Positions 24,607 through 37,577 are shown, counted from the first letter of the whole stretch. The stretch: DNA of 62,462 nucleotides, filler included, from Circinaria calcarea (GCA_051942165.1; 10 parts of 10 records of this genome joined end to end with filler, not necessarily neighbours in it), one strand, 5' to 3'. The notes: a model not told the origin generated them from the sequence alone. Translations and numbers: made by a program.

Positions 24607-24967
24607 ATGTCTCCTGATCAGATCTCATACTTAATGAACCCTCTTATCTACATTATTTTCCAGCTATCTCTCATCACATTCATAGTGGGCTTTGTCCCAC
24701 CAACGTCGCTTCTCCGCTTACCCATCCTCCCCATCCTCGTACTCTGTAACTACCATCTCCTTCCGTCATACCCCTTTTTCACGCGCCCAGCCTGGTCCGG
24801 CTTCATCGCCGGTCAAGCGTTAAGCGGAGTCTTGGAATACACCGAGAAAGCTCTCCTAAGCCAATGGAGCTTCGACGACTACGGTCCCAGCGCTGAGATG
24901 CGTAAACGAAAGAACGAAACAACCGCGGACAAAGCCGCTCCAGACCCCAAAAACCGCTCATGCCCCC
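24607..24967 (+). CDS. Probable Tri7/wax-synthase (MBOAT_2) type membrane acyltransferase, N-terminus (3' truncated)
   Basis: Hydrophobic N-terminus LITFIVGFVPPTSLLRLPILP...VLEYTEKALLSQWSFDDYGP resembles fungal secondary-metabolite acetyltransferases. The catalytic domain is beyond the contig end. Confidence 0.6.
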
Positions 24968-25067
24968 NNNNNNNNNNNNNNNNNNNNNNNNNNNNNNNNN
25001 NNNNNNNNNNNTTAATTAATTAANNNNNNNNNNNNNNNNNNNNNNNNNNNNNNNNNNNNNNNNNNNN
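24968..25067. other. Artificial contig spacer
   Basis: N44-TTAATTAATTAA-N44. Confidence 0.99.
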
Positions 25068-25186
25068 TGCTGGATCTGCATCTGCATCTACATTGTACCT
25101 CTCTCCGCACAAGTAGGTCGGGGAGTTGGAGTAGAGCGCGGAATAATGGGAAATTTTATATATGTACTGTACTGTACCCCGGGAAC

Positions 25187-25234
25187 CTGGCTACTGGCTA
25201 CTGGCTACTGGCTACTGGCTACTGGCTACTGGCT
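25187..25234. repeat. 7-bp tandem repeat (CTGGCTA) x ~6.5
   Basis: ctggctactggctactggcta... Confidence 0.95.
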
Positions 25235-28200
25235 TTCCTCTTTCCTGTAGAGCTTCCTCTTCCTATGTAATCTAACAAGGACAAGGACAAGGGATCGGAG
25301 TCGGATGTATGCACCTGGCTTTTCTTCTTTTTTTTAAAAACTCTATCTAGCTACTCTAGCTAAAATAGATACTATAGTTAGCTCTACGAGGTTTTTGCAA
25401 AGTTTTTTTTCCTCCCCAAAAGTCGGGGAGTTCGGGGGAGGAGGAGGAGGAGGAAAGATGTATAATCCGCTGCCTTCTCTTTCCTTTCCTTTTTTCTTCT
25501 TTTTTTTGGTCTTCCTTTTTTTGGGTCTTTCCTTCTTTGGGCCATGAAAGCTAATGAAACTACGAAAACCACAAAAGACCCCAAAAGACCTCCCCCCCCC
25601 CCCCCAAAAAAATCCTAAACCGAGAAAAGATCCATGGAGAAAAATGCGGAGAAAGGCAGACGGAGGAAGAAATGGAGAAGGGCAGACGGAGAAAGGAAGG
25701 TGGAGGAACTTTGAGACAGAAGGGATTTTGAGATCGGGCAAGGTCGAGGCTATAGGCCTATCCAGCGATGAGCTGGTGTATGCTCACATCCTGACAAGTT
25801 CCTTGGTTCAAGAGGAGATGGCTGCAAGGCCCGATGGGGTAAGTTTGGCATGGCCTTTTGTTCAAAACGTTGGCGGCATTCATTCCGCTTGTCGTGTGTG
25901 GGAAGGTAGAGGGAATCGTAAACTGCACCCATAAGTCATCCGGAGAAACCGAATACGAGAGATCGGGTAGCCAAGGCCAAGGTAGGCAGAAAGCTTCCGT
26001 CCCCGTTGGCACTGAGTTGGCATTTCGAGCTCATCTCTCGTAAACCCCTGCTTGCAAAGAGGGGAGGGGGGTGTCAGCCCCGATGAGGATTGGGGAGTGG
26101 GTTGAACCGGTTGAGCAACGGGACCGGGAAGCCTCCTTTGCTGTAAGATGTGGTTTTGGGTGTGTTGGCAGGGGATCGAAGATGAAATAACGGGGACAGA
26201 GCAAACAGGAAAGACGGCCACGGTAAGTCCATCTGATTAGTGATGAGCTGGAATACGATGTCCTCCCTGGCAAAGTGCCTTTTGATAGAGCGCATCTGGG
26301 ATATTGCGGGGTAAAGGACCAAAAGAAGGGGAGGGGAGGTGTAAGCGAGGATCGAGACATCGATTCAATTGCCGTATTCTTTGGCGTAGGTTATGGTACC
26401 CCGAGGACTTGCTTAGCGTGGTTCGAGGTCGAGCGAGGCAGTTGGGATGAACTCTTCGAACCTTTAGTTTCTCCACTTGATCTTTTACCAGAATGCCTCC
26501 ATGGAAACATCTATTCGCCACGCAGACTGGGCTCATGCTAAACTTACATGCAAACGACCCGGAGCTATACTTTTAGATTTGGAAGTTGGGACTGCTTTCG
26601 AGCAGTAATGATTCGCATTTAGTATTGCCCCTACAACCGGTTAAGGTAAGGTAAGATTGAAGATGGCAGGTCGAGTCGCACACAGATTATCAGCCGGCAT
26701 GAATCTCGACAAAGGCATGGCTAAGGTTGCCCGACGCTCGGGCCATCCACCATCCTGTTGCACGCAAACTACGCCTGCAGGTTGGGCTTGCACTAGCCTC
26801 CTGCTGGGGACGTTTTACTCGAGTCCGGTAGCCTTTCACATGCAAAAGTGGAACTTGGACGGGTGCGCTATTTTAGGTCGTCGATGGCGTGGTGTGGTGG
26901 GGCAAAAGATGAATTTTCCAATTTTTGTTGGGATGGAACTAGAGAAGTCCTGGTCTGTTTACGAAACAACAGATAAAGGACTCCGGATTATGAGTGAAAA
27001 CCTTTCCCTTTGGTTGATAGGCTATGGGGCCCGAATAACCCTGCCTTCAAACTCTCCGCACTCGATTAGGCGGCCGTGCTGTTCCGAGATTCAAAACAGT
27101 GTTAGGCAGGGACTGAGTTTGAGAATATGAAGAGTAGGATGTAAACAAATCGCGATGCTCGGTCGATCCTTTGAGTTCCAGTGGGACAAGACAATTCGGG
27201 CCCGGGGAGAGCCCACGGGGGAAGTCAGAGTAGTACCTATATTCCAGAGCAGACCATGGATGTCAATAGGGCAAGCGTATCGTACTTGCCTCTCCTGATT
27301 ATCCGGACAAATCCGAGGGTGGACTCTATTGAGCGATTGCTGCCATTGCTTTGGTTCCTCTGAGTTTGATGGTAGCACAGCATGAATCGGTCCACGCTGC
27401 CACAGTTCAAACGTTGAATCGCCAGCACGGTTTCTATGTCTGCTGCAGATCTCAATCTTAAGCTTCTCATCCGCTACGGGATAGTATTGCCCTTCCCTAT
27501 CAGCCCTTCTTGTTTACGCGCGCTATCAGATCAGCAACAAGAGTCCCGGGAGTAGAAGGAGATGCCCTGCTGTTTCAAGCGCCACCAAGCACGTCCATGC
27601 GGGTCATCTGTGTATACCTAATCGGAAGGACGTGTGCTGCTTGTCATTCCTATGGCGAAACGTAGAGAATGGGATTTGTGTGGGTCTGACACATGTCAAT
27701 GAAAGACAATTACCAGGAATCCGGTGATCGTCGTCCCTGCATGAAGATAAGGTAAGTAAAATACCACCCAGTGGTCTACTACGTATTGGCGCTGGCATAG
27801 AGAGAAATGGATCGTCGAATTACTCGATCAACTTTGGGACAGAATAAAGACTCGGCACGTCATCTCGAGTTAATTGTTGGCGTCAAGAACCACAATACGC
27901 AGTATTTGCAGTTAGATTGCGAGCACCAACACAAAGTCACCTAATCGGTCAAGCAGTTCCTGGAAACGCGTGTGATAGTTTCAAGCCAGACAGAAAGCCG
28001 AGAAATACATATCTTTCATAGCAAGCTGTTAGGGCTGATACTCTAACAAGACTCTGCCAATCAAAGACATAGACGAAACTGACAGACAAGCGGCATTACG
28101 GTAGTGCAAGCGGTTACCTTACAGTAATTTCTGGAAGACTATCCAGTAGCATTTCGGAGCACGCATAGAGTTTATTTGCAGCCGAGACAGAAAATGGCTT

Positions 28201-29990
28201 GCCTGAAGCTCATCGTGAAATAGTACCCCAGGCGGAAGGGCAACTCATGTACCTTGCTGTACCTGGTGCAAACCCTTTACGGGGTGCCAGGAGAGTGCAG
28301 CCGTGAACCGAACAAGATACACTTTCTTGCGGAAAAAGGCAAATACATCTAGCGGCGGAATCTACCAGATACGGGCAGAATTCACGCAGAGCAATCGAAT
28401 TTTGAATAGAACACGGATCCATGCGTGCTTCAACCTACCTAGAAACAGGCGAGTACCGAACCCTCCTCATTCGTGTGCTGTACCTTGTAAGCAGTCATCA
28501 TACAATCAGCACTAAAGAGTAATCACCCGATTTCTCGATTGAAAAAAAAAAAAAATTTTCCCCGCAGCGGGCAGGTTGAAACTTTTTTGGTCAAAAGCCA
28601 CTGATGCCAAGCCATCTACTAGCGGGTGCCGGCCGTTGGAGGAAAACGCCCAGATGCACGTTCCAAGGTCGAGCGATGACTAGCTTAACCCTTAGTCTCT
28701 GCCCTACCGTGTAACATAATACGGAGGACCATGTCGAGTAGTAGAGGTGAGAGCTTGGCTCGAAGCCACGGACTAAATATTGTCTACTGCCCACGGTCGC
28801 TATCTGCCACCTGGCTTTGTGTAACGCCGGAGATACCTCCTGAGCCCGTCCCAGATGCTGCAGTGCTACTTAAGGGAATTTCTATTTCCTTGTTTCGGCG
28901 TCAGCCACGGCGCGATCATCGGCATGATAAGAGTCGAAACACCACGAGCTCGTTGCGGCTCTCTAGGAATTGACAACGTGGTTTGTGGTATAATGAATTC
29001 AGTTGCGATTCTCCTTCTGCTACTCGATCCCAGAAACATGACCGCCTTGGCAAATGGACGGCCCGCCGTGGTTGTTGATGATTAGGCAGAGGGTAATTAA
29101 TTATAGTTACATTGCGACCGCCGGCAGCGTGTCAGATGTCAGACACGATGTTTCGCGCATTATCAACTTTCGGTGACTTCGGCAGCTGCGGCCGTTGTCG
29201 CTTCTCGAATACTTTCGTTGACTACGCCTCATCTGATTGGCGCGTAATTTTGCTGTGTACGTAGTCTTTCAAAGCACATCATCACAGTGTGACCGTAGGA
29301 TGAGGCTTCAGTCCTGGACCAGACAAAAACGCGTATGACGCGATCCTAACTGTCTAACAGAGCGGGCGGCACAGGACCCATCTGTTGCAAGATCCTCTCA
29401 ATTGCTGTTAGTAGTTTATTCGGGGACCAATGCTGCAGGAGTAATGGTGGTAATACTATAGTCTGCATACGCTAGGGGCAACGTAATTGATATGATTGAT
29501 GATTCTCAACGGTTGATTCGGTATCGGCAGCAACTGCCTATCTCGCATGAGATGAGGCAGCATGAAAGGGACTATCAATCTCTAGCCTTGGCTTGTTGGG
29601 ATTGTTGCTGACACACCCACAACCAACCGCCCCTTGTTCCCCCGTGGTGACTGATCCTCACCCCAAACCAAATACAGTTGTTATTCTGGAGGACGAGTCC
29701 ACTACCTCAGCTTAGCTGCGCAATCCAGCGACAAAGTTACCGTCGCCCCATCGAGGGCCAGCGAGACGAAACCCCGGCACACTCAAACCCAACCCTGATC
29801 TTCTTCTATTCTTGCCTGGACCATGTCACTTGCATGGTGGTGTGAAGCAAAGTCGCTTAAGTCGCACCCGAAGTTTCCTGCACTTTCCCTGTCCGCCCCA
29901 ACTACTCCCGTATCGTCCCTGTGAAGCTGTCCGTAAATAACGCGGTAGAGTGGGCGGTTTGGGAGTAATGAATATGATTTCTTCTCGCCA

Positions 29991-30021
29991 TGCCACTGCC
30001 ACTGCTACTGCCACTGCCACT
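29991..30021. repeat. (TGCCAC)n hexanucleotide microsatellite
   Basis: tgccactgccactgctactgccactgccact. Confidence 0.85.
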
Positions 30022-30812
30022 TGCGTGCCGCCGTCGAACCTTCAGGCCAACCCCGTCTTTGGCCGTACACCCCGTCTCGCGCGCTACTAGCTTACTCTGG
30101 CTGCCGCTATCAATTCGATCCCACTTCTCTCCGCTATGCTAACAGTAGTCGAGATCGCACCCAAAACTCCTCAACCTTGCCATCACCTCCACTACCTCCT
30201 CCTCCTCCTCCTCCTCCTCCTACCCTCCTCCACTACCTAGGCTCTCAACTGCCCCTCATCATATATCATCCGGCACCATTGCACCTTTTTATGTTGCCCC
30301 TCTCGAGTACTGCCACTCGAGCGAGCTGGTCATAGCATCGCTTATCAACAAAAGAAAAAGTTCGAGGTAAAAGGTCATCCGCTTTGGCTGTGCCCTCACA
30401 AGTGGACACAGGATCACCGTTCGAGCCTGGTGCTATTGTCTGGCTTTGCTGGTGTCCCCGTGTAGATGCAGTCGTGATTCAGCTGTGCTCCGGCGTTGGG
30501 GATCCTCACATTCCGTCAACCACCATTCGTTTCGGACCGGCAATAAGGCTTATTGGTATCTTTTTGTACGTCTTGCTCCGGCCTCGCTTTAATATGCAAT
30601 AGAAGGCACTTGGGCTGTTAATATGTTCAATTGCCCCGTCTTTCTACCTTATCCGTTATCGGACTGCTTGCTAATCCGGGCGTTCGGAATAGATTCATTG
30701 CTTTAACCACGCCCCGAACCTTTGGCATTGACAACTACTATCTCAAGTCCTCAATCGCTCTTCGAACATTCTGGTCCTTCCGCCTCCCCTACCCTCCGTC
30801 GACGCCGTACAC

Positions 30813-31225
30813 ATGCCTTACACTCCCCCATCGCAGCACTCACCGATTGCGTCAAGATCGGAGAGTCCATCACTAAGCCGCTCTCAATCCTATTTCACGG
30901 GCCCGCAACATCTCAACTCCAGTTTGAATCCTTCGCCAAGGCCCAACTTACCTCGGTCAGCTTCCTCGACGGCCTATTTGCACAAACACCGCCGGAGTCC
31001 CTCACTTACGAAATCGACAACCTTTGCCGGACCTGCATCTCCCGAGACATCGCCGAGCAGTGGAGAGTCGGTTAGACTGGAGGACGCAAAAACATCCACC
31101 CATATCAGTAGTCTCCACCAACCACCACCACCGCACGTTGAAAAATTATCGGCCCCCGCAGATGCAGGCTTATCCCCGCCAGACTCCAATCAGAACTCAA
31201 GTGATGATGAAGATCAATCGAGGAG
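30813..31225 (+). CDS. Probable PP1 glycogen-targeting regulatory subunit (Gac1-like), N-terminus (3' truncated)
   Basis: MPYTPPSQHSP...SPSLSRSQSY...RPNLPRSASS..YLHKHRRSPS...SPPDS..SSDDED matches my recollection of Pezizomycotina Gac1 N-termini. The RVxF motif and CBM21 domain are not within the contig. Confidence 0.65.
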
Positions 31226-31325
31226 NNNNNNNNNNNNNNNNNNNNNNNNNNNNNNNNNNNNNNNNNNNNTTAATTAATTAANNNNNNNNNNNNNNNNNNN
31301 NNNNNNNNNNNNNNNNNNNNNNNNN
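31226..31325. other. Artificial contig spacer
   Basis: N44-TTAATTAATTAA-N44. Confidence 0.99.
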
Positions 31326-31509
31326 TTGCATTCGGATATACTTGCGTTCGAGGAAAATGTCACACAGTAGGAGCATTTAGGCCCAGTTGACGGGCTCCCC
31401 CAACTCAAATACTCATGACAAGGCCAGGGTTGATGTCGCATGAGTTCCGATAACGACCCAACGTAAGTGTCGAGTGGCTGTGATTCACTGCAGGAACAAT
31501 CAAGCCGGT

Positions 31510-31669
31510 CCCAGTATTTCTCTGCCTCCTGCACCAGCGTAGTATCGCTCTCATCGCCCAAGAATATAGTGCTCCGACCAGTGCAGACCCAGTATTTCTC
31601 TGCCTCCTGCACCAGCGTAGTATCGCTTTCATCGCCCCAGAATTCAGTGCTCCGATCAGTGCAGACCCA
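31510..31669. repeat. 78-bp tandem duplication inside an unidentified minus-strand ORF (31326-31789)
   Basis: Units start at 31510 and 31588 and encode WVCT(D/G)RST(E/I)F(W/L)GDESDTTLVQEAEKY twice. Confidence 0.85.
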
Positions 31670-32568
31670 ATCAGTGTCACAGAACTCCACTGAAAGGTTC
31701 CGGGAAAAGCAAGATGCTTCCTCAAAGGACCTGGTGAAATGTGGGAAGTTCAGGGCCGGCCCGAGCGGCGAGAACTGGAAAGGCCTCATAAGAAATCAGC
31801 ACATATCACTGACTCAGGCGTAAAAGCAGCCATGCCGAACGTTGACCCGACTCAAGGTAGTTGTGCAGTATGAAAGCCTGCTTAGGCATATTGGTAGGAA
31901 TCTCAACTGAGAATCAGATAGCTATAGAAGATGCCGTATGCATTTGATGAGCGGGGAATTGCCTGGATGCGGATAAGCTACCCCGAAGTACTCATTGGAG
32001 AAGACAGAGATTGGAATTTCCTCGGAGTTATAACTTATCTGATCCAATATACCCAATCAGTCCACTCCCGACTTCACCCAGTACAACAATGGATGTCTTC
32101 CCAAGTATACCCAGGGCAAGCATCGAAAGTCGAGTTCCAACGCATCGTATTCTGAAACTCAACGTCTGGCATGGCTGGCCCTTAAAGAAAACTGTCACTT
32201 ACTCGTACTCGTTGGAAGGGTCTTGCTCTAAGTCATTTCCCCAGTACTCATCCCGGATACTGTCCACAGTGTCCACATTACTAGGATCGATCAATCTCAA
32301 ACCTGCAACACATTCTAGAACAATTGCTTACCCGCCAACTTCGATGAGGTCCATTGAGGCCATTGTCATAAACGGTCGCACACCTGGTTTGCAGCTTATT
32401 TGTCGATGTGGGAAGTTAGAGGGAAGATGGTTTGTAAAACGTTGAAAGTTGGAGGAAAGACCAAGGTAAGCTTTGTAAACCGCTGAAAGTTGCAGTATGA
32501 CAAGAACTTGATGATGGAGAAAGCAGACATTATATATTCGCCTATACTCATGATCCTACATGGTATTC

Positions 32569-32709
32569 AAAGGCTACCCGCGAGGCTCCCACAAGGCAAT
32601 CGCAGGGCTCCAAGGCTCTGGCAAGGCTTTCACGGACATTTCAGAAGGCTCTTGCAGGGCTTCAAGGCTCTCGCAAGGCTCTCGCAAGGCTCTCGCAAGG
32701 TCTTGCAGG
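32569..32709. repeat. 11-bp minisatellite (CAAGGCTCTCG), 3.5 perfect plus degenerate copies
   Basis: Perfect copies at 32663-32700; degenerate aaggct/caaggc units upstream. Confidence 0.8.
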
Positions 32710-33425
32710 AACGCCAACAAGGGCTCCATCGACACAAAAGTAGCCCCACCAATAGACGCAGTGTCCAATAGCCTGCCATACCATCTTTGCAAAATGTTTG
32801 ATACCATTCGAGATTTGAGTTGAAGCGTACTCGACGACGGATCTTGGACATCGGCTTTTTAGCCGCCGGGGCAAAAACGAGCAGGGGGTTCGGAGCCTCA
32901 ATGCCAAGATGCAATTAAGCTAAGCTAAGCCATACCATACGTCACTCGTTATATGGACGTAAATTAACGCGCCGATGCTCAGACTTTCGCGTGCTTTGGA
33001 CAAAGTATATGGAATTTTTTTCTTTTTAAAAAATAATTGCAACTTCGAGGTAGCCTCTATAAGGGGCTGGGGGAGGGGGAGGGAGCCGCTGAAGGTTGAT
33101 TCGAAAAGAGACGGCAGGAACCCCGAACCCGAACCCGAACCCGAGAGAAATGACTCTTGTTTGGGCGGACGGAGAGACGAGATAGATGTTCACTTGCTGC
33201 AGGGGTGTCTACTTCGCGGCACTATTTGCATGCAGAATGGTAGCAGTAACCCGACTCCGGACATGGACAAGCTCGATCCAAGGAGGGAAAAAAAAACCAT
33301 GTAATTTGCCATTGGGTATCTATTTTATCCTATGCGCGCAAAGGACATTCAAATCCAGCGTCCCATCCAATTCATGCATCCCGCACACACCATTGCTTCA
33401 ACTAAAAAATGCTCGTAAACATGGC

Positions 33426-35329
33426 TCATTCATCCCCGTCGCTCATATCCATCATACTCTCCTCCGGCATAACCTGCCTCTCTCGTCCGTGATCCTGCTT
33501 CCTCCTTCCGCCAACGGTGCTCGTGCCGTGCCGAATGTCATGTATCTTGTCTATCAGCACCGCCTCGATCATTCCATCAACCGCCGCATCTTCTCCCCAC
33601 CCCATCCGTCTCGAGTCCTCGTCTAGCGCCCTTTGTAAAAGATCGGTCGCCACAGGATCCTGCGGACTGACGGCTAAGGCTTCGTGGAACGCGCAGACAG
33701 CATCCCACGGCCTACCCAGTTCCAAAAGTACTAAGCCTTTGGAGCAGAAAATGCCAGGGTCCTTCGTACCGTGGCGGAGGACTTCATTGAACTCCTTTAG
33801 CGCAAGGGTGAATTGACTCTGTCGACGATATGCATGCCCTAAATTGGCGCGTGTAGCAATCCAGGCACGAGGTTCGGAACCGATTTTTTGAGCGATATCA
33901 AGGGCACGGGCAAAGGTCTCAATGGAGAGACCAAGGTGATCGGTATGATAGTACACGACGCCCAGCTCATTTAACAGCAGGGGATCTGTATCGCAGAGCT
34001 GAACTGCGATTTGTAGGTAATCATGCGCAAGGGCAAGGTTGTTGAGTTGGAGGTTCTGCATGCCGATGAAAAGTTTGGGAAGATGTGTTCCTTGAAAAAG
34101 ACGCATGGCGCTGCTATATGCAGATATGGCTTGGTCGTGTTCACCTTCTGCGGCAAACGTATGAGCAAACCCAATCCAGGCCGGGCCAAATTGAGGGTCC
34201 ATCACGGATGATTTGGAAAAGAATCGTCGAGCCTCGGCAATTCTGTTAATGCTGAGGTAGTAGACACCCACCGCAAGCCAGGTGGCGGGTTCTTCCGGGT
34301 AGAGGTCCGCCAGACGATGAGCAATGAGGAAGAGAGCATTGGTTTGTTCAAGTTCATGGAGGCAAGCGAGATGGAGCGGATATATGGAGAAGTTGTACTC
34401 ATCCGTCTCGAGTATCGACGTTGTAACGGCAAGCGCTTCTTTGAAGCGACATTGTGTAAAGAGAAGGTCTGCTTTCGCAAGCAGGAGGTCTGGATTGTCA
34501 GCTAGACGGTAGTGAGTGGAGAGGGTCTCCGTCGCATTATTGAATTCAGCAGGATTCTTGTACTTGGAGAGTCGCGTGGTGTAAAGCATTTTGACGAATT
34601 GGGCAGCTTCTTGAGAAGTTGATACGTTATCTGCAGTGATCGAGTCAAAATCGAGAGCTTCGAGGAATTTCCACTCCTCATCGGGCGACATCAAAGAGTT
34701 CCTCATCAACTGGTCGAATGCTTCAAAGCACTGAACATCTATGAGAACGGCGTCCTTGTAACAGTCCATAGCTCGGTCGAAAGCGTTTTGCTTTGCGTAA
34801 CAGATTCCGCGCAGGTAGCACATGGCAGCCTCGTACTTGATATCCGCGGCATCCTCCTTGTCCCTCTCCTCACTCCTCTCAATCCTATCCGGCCTCCCCG
34901 GGACTTTCTCAGACCTCAGCCCCCCATTCAGTATATTCCCAGTTGTATGCTGAAGCTTCCGCCGAGCTTTACTCGTAGTTGAGATGAGGTGGGTGGGGTT
35001 TCGTTCCCCCAATATCGAAAGGGCTTCATCGAATTTCTGTAGCTTTACTTGACAGTGAGCGGCAAGGTATCGACATGATGGGCTATGGCTGATAAGATTG
35101 TGCCTTTCAAGGATAGTCTGTGCGCGTGTGTAGTTGCCAGTAGAGAAGTGTGCTTGAGCAAGCCAGAATGCGTCCTTTGGGTCATCTAGTAAGCATCAGC
35201 TTGTCAAATGGCGCGGGAAGATGACCACTTACTTGTAAGAGCAAGCAATTTATCGCCAATGTATGTCGCCGACTCGTAGTGGTGTTTGTTGATAGCGTCT
35301 TGCCTCCAATCCTTTAGTAGTTTCTCCAT
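33426..35329 (-). CDS. CDC16: Anaphase-promoting complex subunit Cdc16/Cut9 (APC6), TPR protein
   Basis: MEKLLKDWRQDAINKHHYESATYIGDKLLALT|NDPKDAFWLAQ...; EAAMCYLRG; TWLAVGVYY; ARRFFSKSS; AWIGFAHTFAAEGEHDQAISAY. Intron 35186-35232. Confidence 0.95.
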
Positions 35330-36109
35330 GCTCTGTGGACTTCCATCCAGGTATTTGATAGTGTATGGGAGGAGTAGAAGGAGATGTAGTGTTATTCAGC
35401 TGTTCAGATCGAAAGAAGTGGTAAGGACTGGACTGGTGTACACTAATTGGACTTTATGAACGTAGACAAGACAGTTCGCACAACGGCTAATGTAGTTTAT
35501 TCATTTGTTGTGGAAGTCGCGTATATCTTCGCGACTTGAGATCCAACGCTGCTTCAACAAATTACCAAGGACTATTCTAATCAGCTGCAACCATTGAAAC
35601 CGTTAATCGCTTGATTCTATAGATTATTTTGTTGCATAACTGATATCGATTTGATGGCATGATTAAACTTACAGCTACGATGGCTGGCAATACCAAAAGT
35701 CGTATTGGAGTACTCTGGGGCTGATCGCTAGAATACTTCTACGAATTTACTTTCGTTCGTACCATTCATCCATGATTTCAAGCGTTACAGTTGATGTAGT
35801 CTCTAAGATTGTGATTGCGTGCCCACTTGTTTCTTTGTATCTATACACGTCATTCTCATACTATGAATCCTACTAAGTAGCAAAGTCGAGACCATGTTCA
35901 CAATCGTAGGGATCCTTCTTGTCACTCCGAGGCTTGCCTTGTACTCTCGTGAAAGTAACAACCCCAAAGCTTACCAGTGAGTTAACCGCAACTCATCATC
36001 CACACCGAACACATCTTATAAGAAGAATTCCGACGCCACTAGCATCCAATTTTGCTGACCACATTCTCCTCACCAGATATCATATAATGGTAGCTATCGT
36101 CGAGAATTA

Positions 36110-36900
36110 TCAATCCTGTTTCTGTATCAAGCATGCACGAGGGTGAAAAGCAGTGATCGACCAACCTTTGAACTCATTACTACGCTCCGCGGAGCCATAA
36201 CTTTGGTACAATATAACAATCTCAGTAGGGCTGAAGTGGTAAATCTCCTTGAAAGCCTTAAAGTCCTATCTCTTTTATCTAGTATAGATACTAGCATTAG
36301 TGTCGGCTTCACAGCTGTGTGCTATGATATTGCCAGCCTGGATCTTTTTTAAAATAATAGACTGCTCTTCCGGTTCCTCTTTTATATACCTTTGGGAAAG
36401 AAATGTCTGACTTCATCGTACTTTTCGCTGGCGTACTGAAGTATTCTGAGCTGGGTCCACATCGGACACAACTCCGGCCAGTGGAATTCAGTCTTTGACC
36501 AGGACACCATGGGCGTTCTTGCCGCGGGAGGGCCAATGAGTACCTTCAGTGTATCGATCGCCTGCGTCATGTCGTCTTAATTAGACTATTAGTCGTTGAC
36601 TAGATGCCATAAGCCTTAATGCCATCAGAAAAGGCCAAGTCCGTTCCTGCTGTACCTTCATCGGCTCGAAATCCCATCTCAGCCTCTCTAACCGTTCCAG
36701 GACACTAACCCCCTTGAGTTTCCGACAACAGGCCGCTCTCCTTCGTACGATGTCATCATTGTAATCATAGTGTCTCAAAGTGCTTTTTTTGCGGTAGGCT
36801 TCAAAGCCCTCTGCGACTATGTGTCGAAAGAATAAGTTCCAAAGCCCTCTACGTCAGCCGTGTCTAAAGAGGTATCGTATACGACATCAGAACGACCAGA
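36110..36900 (-). pseudogene. Possible degraded gene fragment next to an AT-rich tract
   Basis: Successive protein-like minus-strand segments (RHYDYNDDIVRRR..., MTQAIDTLKVLIGPP..., DFKAFKEIYHFSPTEIVILYQ...) are broken by TAA/TAG stops; no family recognised. Confidence 0.3.
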
Positions 36901-37369
36901 AATAACACTATAACCCCCCAAAAGGTACCTCCCGCGCAGCAATAACACCTTCTTACCTATCTAAAAATCTCTGGCCTATCAAATGTCCACTTCGAAACAA
37001 TCCAGTATAAAAGACCAAACTCTAGGCTCCCTCATATATATTTAAATTATTTATAAAGTGTGCGGGTTAAGAAATAGGTCGTCGGGGCCTAATAAGCCCG
37101 CTCCGGTCGCCTGGCAGCGTAGGGCTACGCCCGTTCCGTAATAATAAATATATTATAATTTTAATTTCTACGGTTATATATTATATTTATATTATAAATA
37201 AAGCTTATGAATTTATAATAAGCTGCAGCGCAAATTGTATAGGTTTATTTTTATAATTATATATCGTAAAATAATTATTTAATTTCATGCGCTGTCGCTG
37301 CTGCCATAATAATTATTATGGTGGAAAAGATATAAACTGGTGTGCGCAAAGTCCAAAAAAGATTTTGCG

Positions 37370-37477
37370 AAAAAAATTCCCAAAAAATTCCCAAAAAATT
37401 CCCAAAAAATTCCCAAAAAATTCCCAAAAAATTCCCAAAAAATTCCCAAAAAATTCCCAAAAAATTCCCAAAAAATT
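37370..37477. repeat. 11-bp perfect tandem repeat (AAAAAATTCCC) x ~10 running off the contig end
   Basis: Read directly; it causes the spurious KKFPKNSQ ORFs. Confidence 0.97.
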
Positions 37478-37577
37478 NNNNNNNNNNNNNNNNNNNNNNN
37501 NNNNNNNNNNNNNNNNNNNNNTTAATTAATTAANNNNNNNNNNNNNNNNNNNNNNNNNNNNNNNNNNNNNNNNNNNN
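37478..37577. other. Artificial contig spacer
   Basis: N44-TTAATTAATTAA-N44. Confidence 0.99.

Noticed and set aside
37100..37145. GC hairpin as a Helitron 3' end
   Set aside because: No CTRR terminus at the expected distance and no Rep/helicase remnant.
37370..37477. (AAAAAATTCCC)n as a telomere
   Set aside because: The C-rich strand runs toward the 3' end (wrong polarity) and the unit is unlike TTAGGG. The repetitive KKFPKNSQ ORFs are artefacts.
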